Below are positions 29,161 to 41,034 of a stretch of 64,000 bases of DNA, in pieces. The first letter of the stretch is position 1. Each line of letters begins with the position of its first letter. This DNA is from Tubulanus polymorphus (taxonomy: Eukaryota; Animalia; Nemertea), in assembly GCF_964204645.1 (NCBI RefSeq), contig NC_134029.1, forward strand, positions 124,001-188,000, read 5' to 3'. The notes under the pieces were generated by a model. The model was not told the origin of the DNA and searched no databases. It saw nothing but the letters and a program-made list of their open reading frames with translations. The position numbers and the translations under genes were made by a program.

Positions 29161-30007
29161 GAATTAGTGTTAGAGTACCACTGAACTACAGGTAAGATTT
29201 CCCCCAACCACTCAACTGTGTTTTACAATTCAAACAAATAATCACCTCATCACTTCTCTAACGCAGTTACCAGCAGACTGCTGACCAGTGTCCAGTGACC
29301 AGCAGACTGCTGACCAGTGTCCAGTGACCAGCAGGCTGTTGACCAGTGACCAGTGTCCAGTAGGCTGTTGACCAGTGACCAGTGTCCAGTAGGCTGTTGA
29401 CCAGTGATTCATCTTACTGACTTCATCAATACAGGTAAGTATTGTAGGAGATGAGAGACACACAGATGGCGCTGACTGACAGACAGGAATAGTTCAATGA
29501 TGATTAATATTTAAGTATCGGTAATATTAATTCATTAACATTCCTAAAACCCTTATAACCCTAACCTTCTGACCCCTCCAACCCGTCCAAACCATTCATC
29601 TACTACATGTCAAAACATTAACAGTGGAATGAAATTCTAATTAGCAGATTTCCATGAACAAATGAATCTGTGTCCTGGCACCTCGGTTAATGACACATAT
29701 TTCTGTGTAAGTCAGTTATTTGTTGAAAGTGGTATTCATAATTGGTAAGTATTTTATATATTACAATTCTCTATTGAAATCTGGATTTGATCAGGAGAAT
29801 ATATTACGATTCATTCATTTAATATTTACAGATAAATAAATGAGCACTGGATTAAATAAAACTGGAATGTGACGATAACACTTCATACTACTGATCACAT
29901 CAACATTCATGAAGTTGATGAGTCAGAGTGAAGAGATCTGGATATCAACCACAGTTTAATGGTCTCAACTGGTTGAACCAGGAATGAAGAGACCAACTGA
30001 AACCAAG

Positions 30008-30808
30008 TGACCACTGATCAAATCAACGACTGGCAAAGTGACCACTGATCAAATCAACGACTGGCAAATCGACCACAGGTCAGACCTAGGACTGGCAAAT
30101 CGACCACAGGTCAGACCTAGGACTGGCAAAGCGACCACAGGTCAGACCTAGGACTGGCAAAGCGACCACAGGTCAGACCTAGGACTGGCAAAGCGACCAC
30201 AGGTCAGACCTAGGACTGGCAAAGCGACCACAGGTCGGACCTAGGACTGGCAAAATGACCACAGGTCGGACCTAGGACTGGCAAAATGACCACACGTCGG
30301 ACCTAGGACTGGCAAAGGGACCACAGGTCAGACCTAGGACTGGCAAAGTGACCACAGGTCAGACCTAGGACCGGCAAAGTGACCACAGGTCAGACCTAGG
30401 ACTGGCAAAGCGACCACAGGTTAGACCTAGGACTGGCAAAGCGACCACAGGTCAGACCTAGGACTGGCAAAGCGACCACAGGTCAGACCTAGGACTGGCA
30501 AAGCGACCACAGGTCAGACCTAGGACTGGCAAAGCGACCACAGGTCAGACCTAGGACTGGCAAAGCGACCACAGGTCAGACCTAGGACTTGCAAAATGAC
30601 CACAGGTCAGACCTAGGACTGGCAAAGCGACCACAGGTCAGACCTAGGACTGGCAAAGCGACCACAGGTCAGACCTAGGACTGGCAAAGCGACCACAGGT
30701 CAGACCTAGGACTGGCAAAGCGACCACAGGTCAGACCTAGGACTGGCAAAGCGACCACAGGTCAGACCTAGGACTGGCAAAGCGACCACAGGTCAGACCT
30801 AGGACTGG
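30008..30808. repeat. 31-bp minisatellite (gaccacaggtcagacctaggactggcaaagc), about 24 copies
   Basis: Directly visible. Confidence 0.95.
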
Positions 30809-31046
30809 TCAGTGAATACAAGTATATGTTGTGTACACTAGTGTGGTATTTGTGCTGTATGTTTATGTATAAACTGTTTGTAACTTCTGTTTGATTTGAT
30901 CAATACAATCGATCTCAGTTTAGATGTAGTTATTTATTCTAACTGAAATATTGAATTTGATCAGATACGTTTAAACAGAAAGCATAAATTGTATCTGTAA
31001 CACATACAACACCATACCTGTATCAGCCAGCCCTCTATCTCAAATA

Positions 31047-31335
31047 CAGTCAGTACCAGAATGACATGTAGTCGCACCAGCCAGTACCAGAATGACATGT
31101 GGTTGCACCAGTCAGTACCAGAATGACATGTGGTTGCTAGCACCAGTCAGTACCAGAATGACATGTGGTCGCACCAGCCAGTACCAGAATGACATGTGGT
31201 CGCACCAGCCAGTACCAGACTAACATGTGGTCGCACCAGCCAGTACCAGAATGACATGTGGTCGCTAGCACCAGTCAGTACCAGAATGACATGTGGTTGC
31301 ACCAGCCAGTACCAGAATGACATGTGGTTGCACCA
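31047..31335. repeat. 31-bp minisatellite (cagtaccagaatgacatgtggtcgcaccagc), about 9 copies
   Basis: Directly visible; expanded paralogous array at 37118-37976. Confidence 0.95.
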
Positions 31336-31647
31336 GGAGCCAGTAGTAGGATTGTACCGGTACCGGTGTGAAGAGCGTCACCTCTCTGATATTACAATGT
31401 TAATATCTTAAACACTTTAATGAAATTACAGTTTTATGTCCAATAATTATCATCACTTTTTACATTAAAACTAATTGTTACGTTGTTCATTTGTATTTTC
31501 AAAATTTTTAGAGGTTAAAGATTTCATACAATGATCATAAATAATCACTTACTTTATAGCACCAGTTATTGCATAGTAATACATGAAATCATCTTAATTT
31601 ATCGAGGCCAAGAATTAAGCGCAGTTTTGGAAAATACAGCCATGTTT

Positions 31648-33661
31648 TTAGGAAGGAATTAGTTGGTACATTGGGTCAATAACCGGAATAATACCGAGTA
31701 TCGAAGACACAACTCCACAAAGACCTTGAATCCCGGAATTCGGCGCTATATAACCTAATGAACTCAGAGGTAAAATGATATCACATGAATTCTTTACACT
31801 ATCCAATAAAATCACTTTGTTTTCGATTAAACATTTAACGATTATTTGCGACCAGGTGTGAGTTTTAGGTTTCACACGGTTTCCAGATTGTTTCCCAACA
31901 ATCTTATTCCTCTTCTTGTAAACAATCTCTCTCATTATCGATACGTAAATCTCATTGATATCTCGAGTCAGATTTAGAATCAGCATCATCAGCCAAAACT
32001 CATATGATAATTGTGACCACGATTGAAGATCGATATGAACCAGTTTTAAACGATTCAATAGAATGATATTATCCGCTATGAAGTAAAGAGCATGCGATAT
32101 TTTTGAGAGCGTCACCAATAATCTCAAAGTAAAATCATCCAATCGAACAGTCCTCAAAGCTGACACGAGAATATCGAAACTTTTAGCAAATCTCAGAACT
32201 GAAAATTAGAAATATCAGTTCTTAAGTAAACACAAACAGTAGTACAGGAGAGTGACACAAAGAATACTGAGTCAGTCACTAATACAATAGAGGATGAATT
32301 GATAAATACCTTTTCTAGTTGTACTGATAGAATATTCGAGGTGTTTAAATTTCTTCACGAATTCTTCATTATTCGGTTTTGATTGTAAATACCACCAGAT
32401 AAATTTACTGCCATATTGTACAATTCTACAAATATAAATTACAAGAAGAATTTCAGCTACAATCTCTACATCATCCCTCTGTATACATAGTTATAGAAGG
32501 GTATAATTCAAGGGGGTTTAGGGGGACATGGTATAAACAGGTATCATTACCACAGCATACACTGTTATAGAGGGAAAGAAGGAACAGACAGATAATGTCG
32601 AGTCGCATCTTTCTGATATTTGGCATTTGCCAGCATTACAGTTCAATGTGGTATAAACAGTTACTGTTTAAACAAATTAAGTGACATTATAAAATTATTG
32701 CTTGTTAACAAATTCTTCGAGTATTTCTCTATATTTCTTAGTATCTCACAATTTCATGTATTTACGATATTTCTATGAGGAATCAATCATTTATTACGTA
32801 CGCATGAAATCTGACTTTTTTTTCACTTCAATAATCAGGGACTCATTATGGGAAAACCTTTTTTTTATATTTTCATACCAACGCGATTGATGACTGACTA
32901 ATTACACAAATTGTAATCAATATTGAATCGTATTCTATCAAGGACTCTTTCATTATATTGAATTATTATTATTAGTATTATAATTATTAGTATTACTGGT
33001 ATTATATATTTCGAGCACAGCTCGTGTGAGTTCAGCTTGTTCTCGAACCTTTTTAACCGTGTTATGTAATTAATTAAAGTATTGATTGTGTATGTATTTA
33101 TGGTTTATGAAAATAAATGTATGATTCCAGGGATTCCAGGAATCGTTTCTTCAGATTTATAGACCAGTTTAAAATTAAACTGGTCAATTTAAGACCAGTG
33201 GTCAACAGATGGTATCATAGCCTAAACTAACATTTCACAACCTTGGATTTTAGAATAACTATCCCTAGCTTCTGATTGGACCAATTGTGGTCACATGATG
33301 TAAACAAACTGACCATACCTACTGGGATAGCATGGACTCGCCCATCAGTTACTGGGTACCATACCGGTACCCCGGCACGAGCCCCCCCCCCCCGGGCACA
33401 GGGCTGCCCGGGAGTCCATTGATCTCTCATTAATAGTACAGATTCAACACATCTATCGTTCAATCACCAACATCTTCCTCTACATCATCACGTACATCAT
33501 TATGTGCACTGCACATCTGAGATAGTAGAACCACCATCCAAATGTACACCCCTCAGATTTTGATGCCCAGCTGAATAAAGAATCATGTCTCCCTACCTGC
33601 ACAGTTTATCCCTGCCAATAGTTTGGGAACTTATTTTTACAACTGTCTCAGCAATATCCAT
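31648..33661 (-). CDS. PEX11: Peroxisomal membrane protein PEX11 (alpha/beta type), copy 1, 243 aa; exons 33597-33661, 32310-32425, 31648-32198
   Basis: MDIAETVVKISSQTIGRDKLCRIVQYGSK...STTRKVLRFAK...LNLTRD...LLDSVKNSCD..LP...GLCGVVSS; phases consistent and frame open. Confidence 0.92.
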
Positions 33662-34379
33662 TTAATTATTGAGAAACTGCAAAATCAACGGGTTTTAATA
33701 CATTCACTGCCGGCCTAGTACCGTACTTCCCGGCGGTTCTGTCAACAGTACCACTTTGAATAGTACTCCCTGTGATTCTATCACCAGTGACACATTTGAA
33801 TATACTCTTAGCTGGTTCTAACTACGGTATTCACTGTTAGATATTTGCACTTCGCCACACTGAAGAATGACACAGTTCCCTGATTGGCTGACATGTGAAC
33901 AAATGCAGTTTCATTCTCAATCCTCATTGGTCAATTCCGAGGAGCGAAGGTTGACTATGTAACAGCTCCAGTGGCAACTTACGAGTACGTTTATGTGGCA
34001 CTTGGGGGCAGCACATGTCTATTACCAGCAAACACGTTTAAGACAGTAGTTTTAGCAGTCACCATCAGTAATAGTTCTGTAGTTCACCCGTAAACCTATC
34101 TTTATTCTGATTGAAATCGATTTTTAGTTCAACAGTTCATTTGAATCTCTATTTAAGTGTCATGGTTAAGATGTAACATGATTTTCAAGCTGTCTCAACA
34201 TGACCCCTCACTCGTCCCCCCCCCAACTCTTTAATTAAACTGTATTGTGGTAATCACTGCTGATGAAATATATGCTGACCCAGCCCTAAAAAACTCTTTA
34301 TTCCACCTGTTTAGTTTACTGCCTTGGCTCCCCCTCCTTGAGAGCGTTAGCCCCCTCCCCTGACTCAGCAGTGATTACC

Positions 34380-34712
34380 ACATTTGACGGTGAATCATGC
34401 TCTGTACGTTTTCTCATTTCATAGGTGAACGTCGAGGTTCTAGAAACGTATAAAAGATGGCGTTACTGGAGAGAAACTCATAAGATAACAGCGAGACGTA
34501 ACAGGATCTGATAGATACTACAATGAAAACTAGCGCTGATAACAGCAAGAGGTTACAGGATCTGATAGATACTACAATGAAAACTAGCGCTGATAACAGC
34601 AAGAGGTATCGGGATCTGATAGATACAGCAATGAGAACTAGCGCTGATAACAGCAAGAGGTATCGGGATCTGATAGATACAGCAATGAGAACTAGCGCTG
34701 ATAACGTAGTGT
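34380..34712 (+). pseudogene. Truncated duplicate of the COG1 5' end; exon-3 sequence amplified into a about 54-bp tandem repeat (4 copies)
   Basis: 34380-34462 matches 40952-41040. Repeats translate as RYRDLIDTAMRTSADN versus COG1 RYRDLIDAADTITSMKTSADN. The ATG at 34457 hits a stop after 8 codons. Confidence 0.85.
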
Positions 34713-34737
34713 TAATACTGTAGCCTACCTGATTGAC

Positions 34738-37075
34738 ACCTCCTCTTCATCATCAGCATCCAAAACTTTGATCTATCATCTTCATCTTTATCTAACGAGC
34801 AGCAGCAGCAGGTAGAGCTCAGTCTGATAGAGTTCACTAGTTCATCGTACGGTATTCTTCTCAGAATTGTAAGTCCCAGTCCGGTCAGATCTACTCCAAT
34901 CAGACCTAGTCCGGTCAGATCTAGTCCAGTCAGATCCAGTCCGGTCAGATCTACTCCAATCAGACCTAGTCCGGTCAGACCTAGTCCGGTCAGACCTAGT
35001 CCAGTCAGATCCAGTCCGGTCAGATCTACTCCAATCAAACCTAGTCCGGTCAGATCTACTCCAATCAGACCTAGTCCGGTCAGACCTAGTCCGGTCAGAT
35101 CCAGTCCGGTCAGACCCAGTCCGGTCAGATCCAGTCCGGTCAGACCCAGTCCGGTCAGATCTAGTCTAGTCAGATCCAGTCCGGTCAGACCCAGTCCGGT
35201 CAGATCCAGTCCGGTCAGATCCAGTCCGGTCAGATCCAGTCCGGTCAGATCCAGTCCGGTCAGACCCAGTCCGGTCAGATCCAGTCCGGTCAGATCCAGT
35301 CCGGTCAGATCCAGTCCGGTCAGATCCAGTCCGGTCAGACCCAGTCCGGTCAGATCAAGTCCGGTCAGATCCAGTCCGGTCAGATCCAGTCCGGTCAGAC
35401 CCAGTCCGGTCAGATCCAGTCCGGTCAGACCCAGTCCGGTCAGATCCAGTCCGGTCAGATCCAGTCCGGTCAGATCCACTCCGGTCAGATCCAGTCCGGT
35501 TAGACCCAGTCCGGTCAGACCCAGTCCGGTCAGACCCAGTCCGGTCAGACCCAGTCCGGTCAGATCCAGTCCGGTCAGATCCAGTCCGGTCAGATCCAGT
35601 CCGGTCAGATCCAGTCCGGTCAGATCCAGTCCGGTCAGACCCAGTCCGGTCAGATCCAGTCCGGTCAGACCCAGTCCGGTCAGATCCAGTCTGGTCAGAC
35701 CCAGTCCGGTCAGACCCAGTCCGGTCAGATCCAGTCCGGTCAGATCCAGTCCGGTCAGATCCAGTCTGGTCAGACCCAGTCCGGTCAGATCCAGTCCGGT
35801 CAGATCCAGTCCAGTCAGATCCAGTCCAGTCAGACCCAGTCCGGTCAGACCCAGTCCGGTCAGATCCAGTCCGGTCAGATCCAGTCCAGTCAGATCCAGT
35901 CCGGTCAGATCCAGTCCGGTCAGATCCAGTCCGGTCAGACCCAGTCCAGTCAGACCCAGTCCAGTCAGACCCAGTCCGGTCAGATCCAGTGTGTGCTGAC
36001 ACATTGACTACACTTATCTATAGCGTTTACATTAATACATCTTTTGTATATTTTAGCGATCAAAGGATTGTCGGAGGAGAAAGGAGTAGAGGTGGCGGAG
36101 TGGAAGGTGGAGTAGAGGTGGCGGAGTGGAAGGTGGAGTAGAGGTGGCGGAGTGGAAGGTGGAGCAGAGGTTGAGGCGTGGAAGGTGGAGTAGAGGTGGC
36201 GGAGTGGAAGGTGGAGTAGAGGTGGCGGAGTGGAAGGTGGAGGTGGAGTAGAGGTGGCGGAGTGGAAGGTGGAGTAGAGGTGGCGGAGTGGAAGGTGGAG
36301 TAGAGGTGGCGGAGTGGAAGGTGGAGTAGAGGTGGCGGAGTGGAAGGTGGAGTAGAGGTGGCGGAGTGGAAGGTAGAAGGAGAAGTGGCGGAGTGGAAGG
36401 TGGAGCAGAGGTGGCGGAGTGGAAGGTGGAGGTGGAGTAGAGGTGGCGGAGTGGAAGGTGGAGTAGAGGTGGCGGAGTGGAAGGTGGAGTAGAGGTGGCG
36501 GAGTGGAAGGTGGAGTAGAGGTGGCGGAGTGGAAGGTGGAGTAGAGGTGGCGGAGTGGAAGGTGGAGGTGGAGTAGAGGTGGCGGAGTGGAAGGTGGAGT
36601 AGAGGTGGCGGAGTGGAAGGTGGAGTAGAGGTGGCGGAGTGGAAGGTGGAGTAGAGGTGGCGGAGTGGAAGGTGGAGTAGAGGTGGCGGAGTGGAAGGTA
36701 GAAGGAGAAGTGGCAGAGGAGTCGAAGGTCGAGTTGAGAGTGGACTAGGAGGAAGTAGAGCAGGCTGTTGATCAGTGTTCAGTGTCCAGTGACCAGCAGG
36801 CTGTTTACCAGTGACCAGTAGACTGCTGACCAGTGTCCAGTGACCAGTAGACTGCTGACCAGTGTCCAGTGACCAGCAGACTGCTGACCAGTGTCCAGTG
36901 ACCAGCAGACTGCTGACCAGTGTCCAGTGACCAGCAGGCTGTTGACCAGTGTCCAGTGTCCAGTAGGCTGTTGACCAGTGATTCATCTTACTGACTTCAT
37001 CAATACAGGTAAGTATTGTAGGAGATGAGAGACACACAGATGGCGCTGACAGACAGGAATAGTTCCGCAATTTTA
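34738..37075 (+). pseudogene. Partial duplicate of the VTD-like gene lacking the catalytic exon
   Basis: 34738-34870 is homologous to the end of exon 2 (26820-26960) and joins directly to the 15-bp repeat. 35990-36085 matches 28195-28290; 36960-37065 matches 29385-29495. Confidence 0.85.
34874..35990. repeat. 15-bp minisatellite, about 74 copies
   Basis: Directly visible; source of the LTGLD and TGSDR ORFs. Confidence 0.95.
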
Positions 37076-37117
37076 ATTATTTTAGCATTCCTAAAACCCT
37101 TAAACCCCTAACCCTCC

Positions 37118-37976
37118 CAGCCAGTAACACACTGACATGTGGTCGCACCAGCCAGTAACACACTGACATGTGGTCGCACCTGCCAGTAACACACTGACAT
37201 GTGGTCGCACCTGCCAGTAACACACTGACATGTGGTCGCACCTGCCAGTACCAGAATGACATGTGGTCGCACCAGCCAGTACCAGAATGACATGTGGTCG
37301 CACCAGCCAGTACCAGAATGACATGTGGTCGCACCAGCCAGTACCAGAATGACATGTGGTCGCACCAGTCAGTACCAGAATGACATGTGGTCGCTAGCAC
37401 CAGTCAGTACCAGAATGACATGTGGTCGCACCAGCCAGTACCAGAATGACATGTGGTCGCACCAGCCAGTACCAGAATGACATGTGGTCGCACCAGCCAG
37501 TACCAGGAGACTGACGTGTGGTCGCACCAGCCAGTACCAGAATGACATGTGGTCACACCAGCCAGTACCAGAATGACATGTGGTCGCACCAGTCAGTACC
37601 AGAATGACATGTGGTCGCACCAGCCAGTACCAGAATGACATGTGGTCGCACCAGCCAGTACCAGAATGACATGTGGTTGCACCAGTCAGTACCAGAATGA
37701 CATGTGGTCGCACCAGTCAGTACCAGAATGACATGTGGTCGCTAGCACCAGTCAGTACCAGAATGACATGTGGTCGCACCAGCCAGTACCAGAATGACAT
37801 GTGGTCGCACCAGCCAGTACCAGAATGACATGTGGTCGCACCAGCCAGTACCAGGAGACTGACGTGTGGTCGCACCAGCCAGTACCAGAATGACATGTGG
37901 TCACACCAGCCAGTACCAGAATGACATGTGGTTGCACCAGTCAGTACCAGAATGACATGTGGTCACACCAGCCAGT
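37118..37976. repeat. 31-bp minisatellite, about 27 copies
   Basis: Directly visible. Confidence 0.95.
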
Positions 37977-38262
37977 TTGACACCAGTGAGGGAGCGTCAC
38001 CTCTCCGATTTTACTTTTATGCTTCATGAAATTACAGTTTCATGTCCAATAATTGTCACCTATTCTAACATTAAAACTAATTGTTACGTTTTTCATTTGT
38101 ATTTTCACATTTTTAGAGGTTAAAGATTTCATACAATAATCATAAATAATCACTTACTTTATAGCACCAGTTATTGCATAGTAATACATGAAATCATTTG
38201 ACTAAACCTTAGTCTTTTAAGGCCTAGAAATACGAACAGTTCGTGAAAATACAGCCATGTTT

Positions 38263-40386
38263 TTAGGAAGGAATTAGTTTGAACATTGGGTCAATAACCG
38301 GAATAATACCGAGTATCGAAGACACAACTCCACAAAGACCTTGAATCCCAGAATTCGGCGCTATATAACCTAATGAACTCAGAGGTAAAACGATATCACA
38401 TGAATTCTTTACACTATCCAATAAAATCACTTTGTTTTCGATTAAACATTTAACGATTATTTGCGACCAGGTGTGAGTTTTAGGTTTCACACGGTTCCCG
38501 GAATGTTTCCCCACAATCTCGTTCTTCTTCTCCTCGTAAACAATCTCTCTCATTATCGATACGTAAATCTCATTGATATCTCGAGTCAGATTTAGAATCA
38601 GCATCATCAGCCAATACTTATTCGATAACTGTGACCACGATTGAAGATCGATAGGAACCAGTTTTAAACGATTCAATAGAATGATATTATCAACTATGAG
38701 ATAAAGAGCTTGCGATATTTTTGAGAGCGTCACCAATAATCTCAAAGTAAAATCATCCAATCGAACAGTCCTCAAAGCTGACAGGAGAATATCAAAACTT
38801 TTAGCAAATCTCAGAACTGAAAATTAGAAATATCAGTTCTTAAGTAATCACAAACAGTAGTACAGGAGAGTGACACAAAGAATACTGAGTCAGTCACTAA
38901 TACAATAGAGGATGAATTGATAAATACCTTTTCTAGTTGTACTGATAGAATATTCGAGGTGTTTAAATTTCTTCACGAATTCTTCATTATTCGGTTTTGA
39001 TTGTAAATACCACCAGATAAATTTACTGCCATATTGTACAATTCTACAAATATAAATTACAAGAAGAATTTCAGCTACAATCTCTACATCATCCCTCTGT
39101 ATACATAGTTATAGAAGGGTATAATTCAAGGGGGTTTAGGGGGACATGGTATAAACAGGTATCATTACCACAGCATACACTGTTATGAAGGGAAAATAAG
39201 TAAAGAAGGTACAGAGAATATTGCCGGTAGCCGGTATACAATGTCAGGTCACGCCCTGCTGATATTTGGCTTTGACAATGAGCCCTAACTAAGACCAAGG
39301 GGCTAGGGCTTTCATCTTTTGGGAGGGAGGATATCAATCAGTACAATTTGGAGTAAAACTGTTACTGTTAGTGACATGATTCAATGGGTTCTCATATCTA
39401 TTTATTCCTTAGCATCCCCAGATGGATCAGATCAATAGACAATTTTAGAATTAATTAAACTGGCCAATTTAAGACCAGTGGTCAACAGATGGTATCATAT
39501 CCTAAACTAACATTTCACAACCTTGGATTTTAGAATAACTATCCCCAGCTTCTGATTGGACCAATTGTGGTCACATGATGTAAACAAACTGACCATACCT
39601 ACTGGGGTAGAATGGACTCGCCCATCAGTTACCATCCCTCTAACATTGGATTGAACTAACCCTAGGGTTAGGGTTACCATACCTCTAAGGTTAGAATGGA
39701 CTAAACCTAGGGTTAGGGCTAGCATCCCTCTTGGATTGAAATGGACTAACCCTAGGGTTAGGGTTATCATCCCTCTACTAGGATTAAAATGGACTAACCC
39801 TAGGGTTAGGGTTACCATCCCTCTAAGATTAGAATGGACAAACCCTAGGGCTCTGATTGGTCTACTAGACCTGGTTGCTTGACTGACCACATTCTGGACT
39901 GGTCACTCGGTGGATCCAGATTCACTTAGGCCTAGCTCCTCGATCCTCATATTAAGAACATACAGCATTTCAAGAACAGATTCTAAACTCCAGAAACCGA
40001 GACAGAAATTACTGGCATTGGTTCATAATAATGCCCTAGAGATAAAACACCAGCACTGATAGCGGTCCACTAATCTGGAGTACCCCCCCCCCCCAGCAGC
40101 AGGAGCCCCAGCCCTGCTGCGGTTACAGGGCTGCACATGAGACCACTTTAGCCTATCAGTTGTTTGCAAATTCTACACAGCTAGCATTCAACCAACATCT
40201 TCCTCTACATCATCATGTACATCATTATATGCACTGCACATCTGAGATAGTAGAACCACCATCCAAATGTACACCCCTCAGATTTTGATGCCCAGCTGAA
40301 TAAAGAATCATGTCTCCCTACCTGCACAGTTTATCCCTGCCAGTGGTTTGGGAGTTTATTTTCACAACTGTTCCGGCGATATCCAT
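38263..40386 (-). CDS. PEX11: PEX11 copy 2, 244 aa; exons 40322-40386, 38928-39043, 38263-38816
   Basis: Same exon structure as copy 1, open frame, begins MDIAGTVVKINSQTTGRDKLCR. Confidence 0.92.
39628..39850. repeat. About 45-bp minisatellite containing CCCTAGGG palindrome and GGGTTAGGGTTA
   Basis: About 5 copies, present in intron 1 of PEX11 copy 2 only. Confidence 0.85.
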
Positions 40387-41034
40387 CTAAATGTTGAGAG
40401 CTGACACAGTGTAATTAACGGGTTTTAAAGACAATAGTTTTAGAAGAAGTCGGTGTCACTTGATTGCGATAAGAATGAGTTCAGAAAGCCGGCGCTAGAT
40501 GTCGCCAGCTGACGGTGTATTTACACGTATTGACAGTTCAGCGACTCGGGGGCAAGTTACAGCAAACCCTCTACTTACCTCTTACTTGTAAACCTATCTG
40601 TAACCCTATAGAGGTGAGTGATCACCGTCCCCGCACTGCCCGGTGTTTGGATCCATCACTTGTTGCTGATATGGCGCTGAATTCTCTGAACATATTTAGT
40701 GAATAGTCTGTGTGTACCACTCCCGGTCCCTGACCCATATATTCAACCCCTCACTCCGAACCCCTCACTCACCCCTGGCCAACCTCCCTTGCTTCATCCA
40801 CTGCAGCTCTTGAGAGGGTCCGACCTTTAAAAAAACTTAATTCGACCTGCAAAGTTCAGATTACTGCCTCTCAGTCGAGTTGGCTTCTGTCCCCGCGCGC
40901 CATGGCGTAACTTACCTCCCCCTCCCCAGATTCAGCAGTGATGATATTACCACATTTAACGATGAATCAGGCTGTGTATGTTTTCTTTTCCTGTAGGTGA
41001 ACGTCAAGGTTAAAGGAACGTAAAGGAATAAAAG

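Noticed and set aside
34712-36004. 430-aa (LTGLD)n ORF resembling a pentapeptide-repeat protein
   Set aside because: It is the translation of a 15-bp minisatellite, open in several frames, and copy number differs five-fold from the paralogous array.
39655-39850. Interstitial telomere
   Set aside because: Only two TTAGGG-like units per 45-bp monomer; an ordinary minisatellite.
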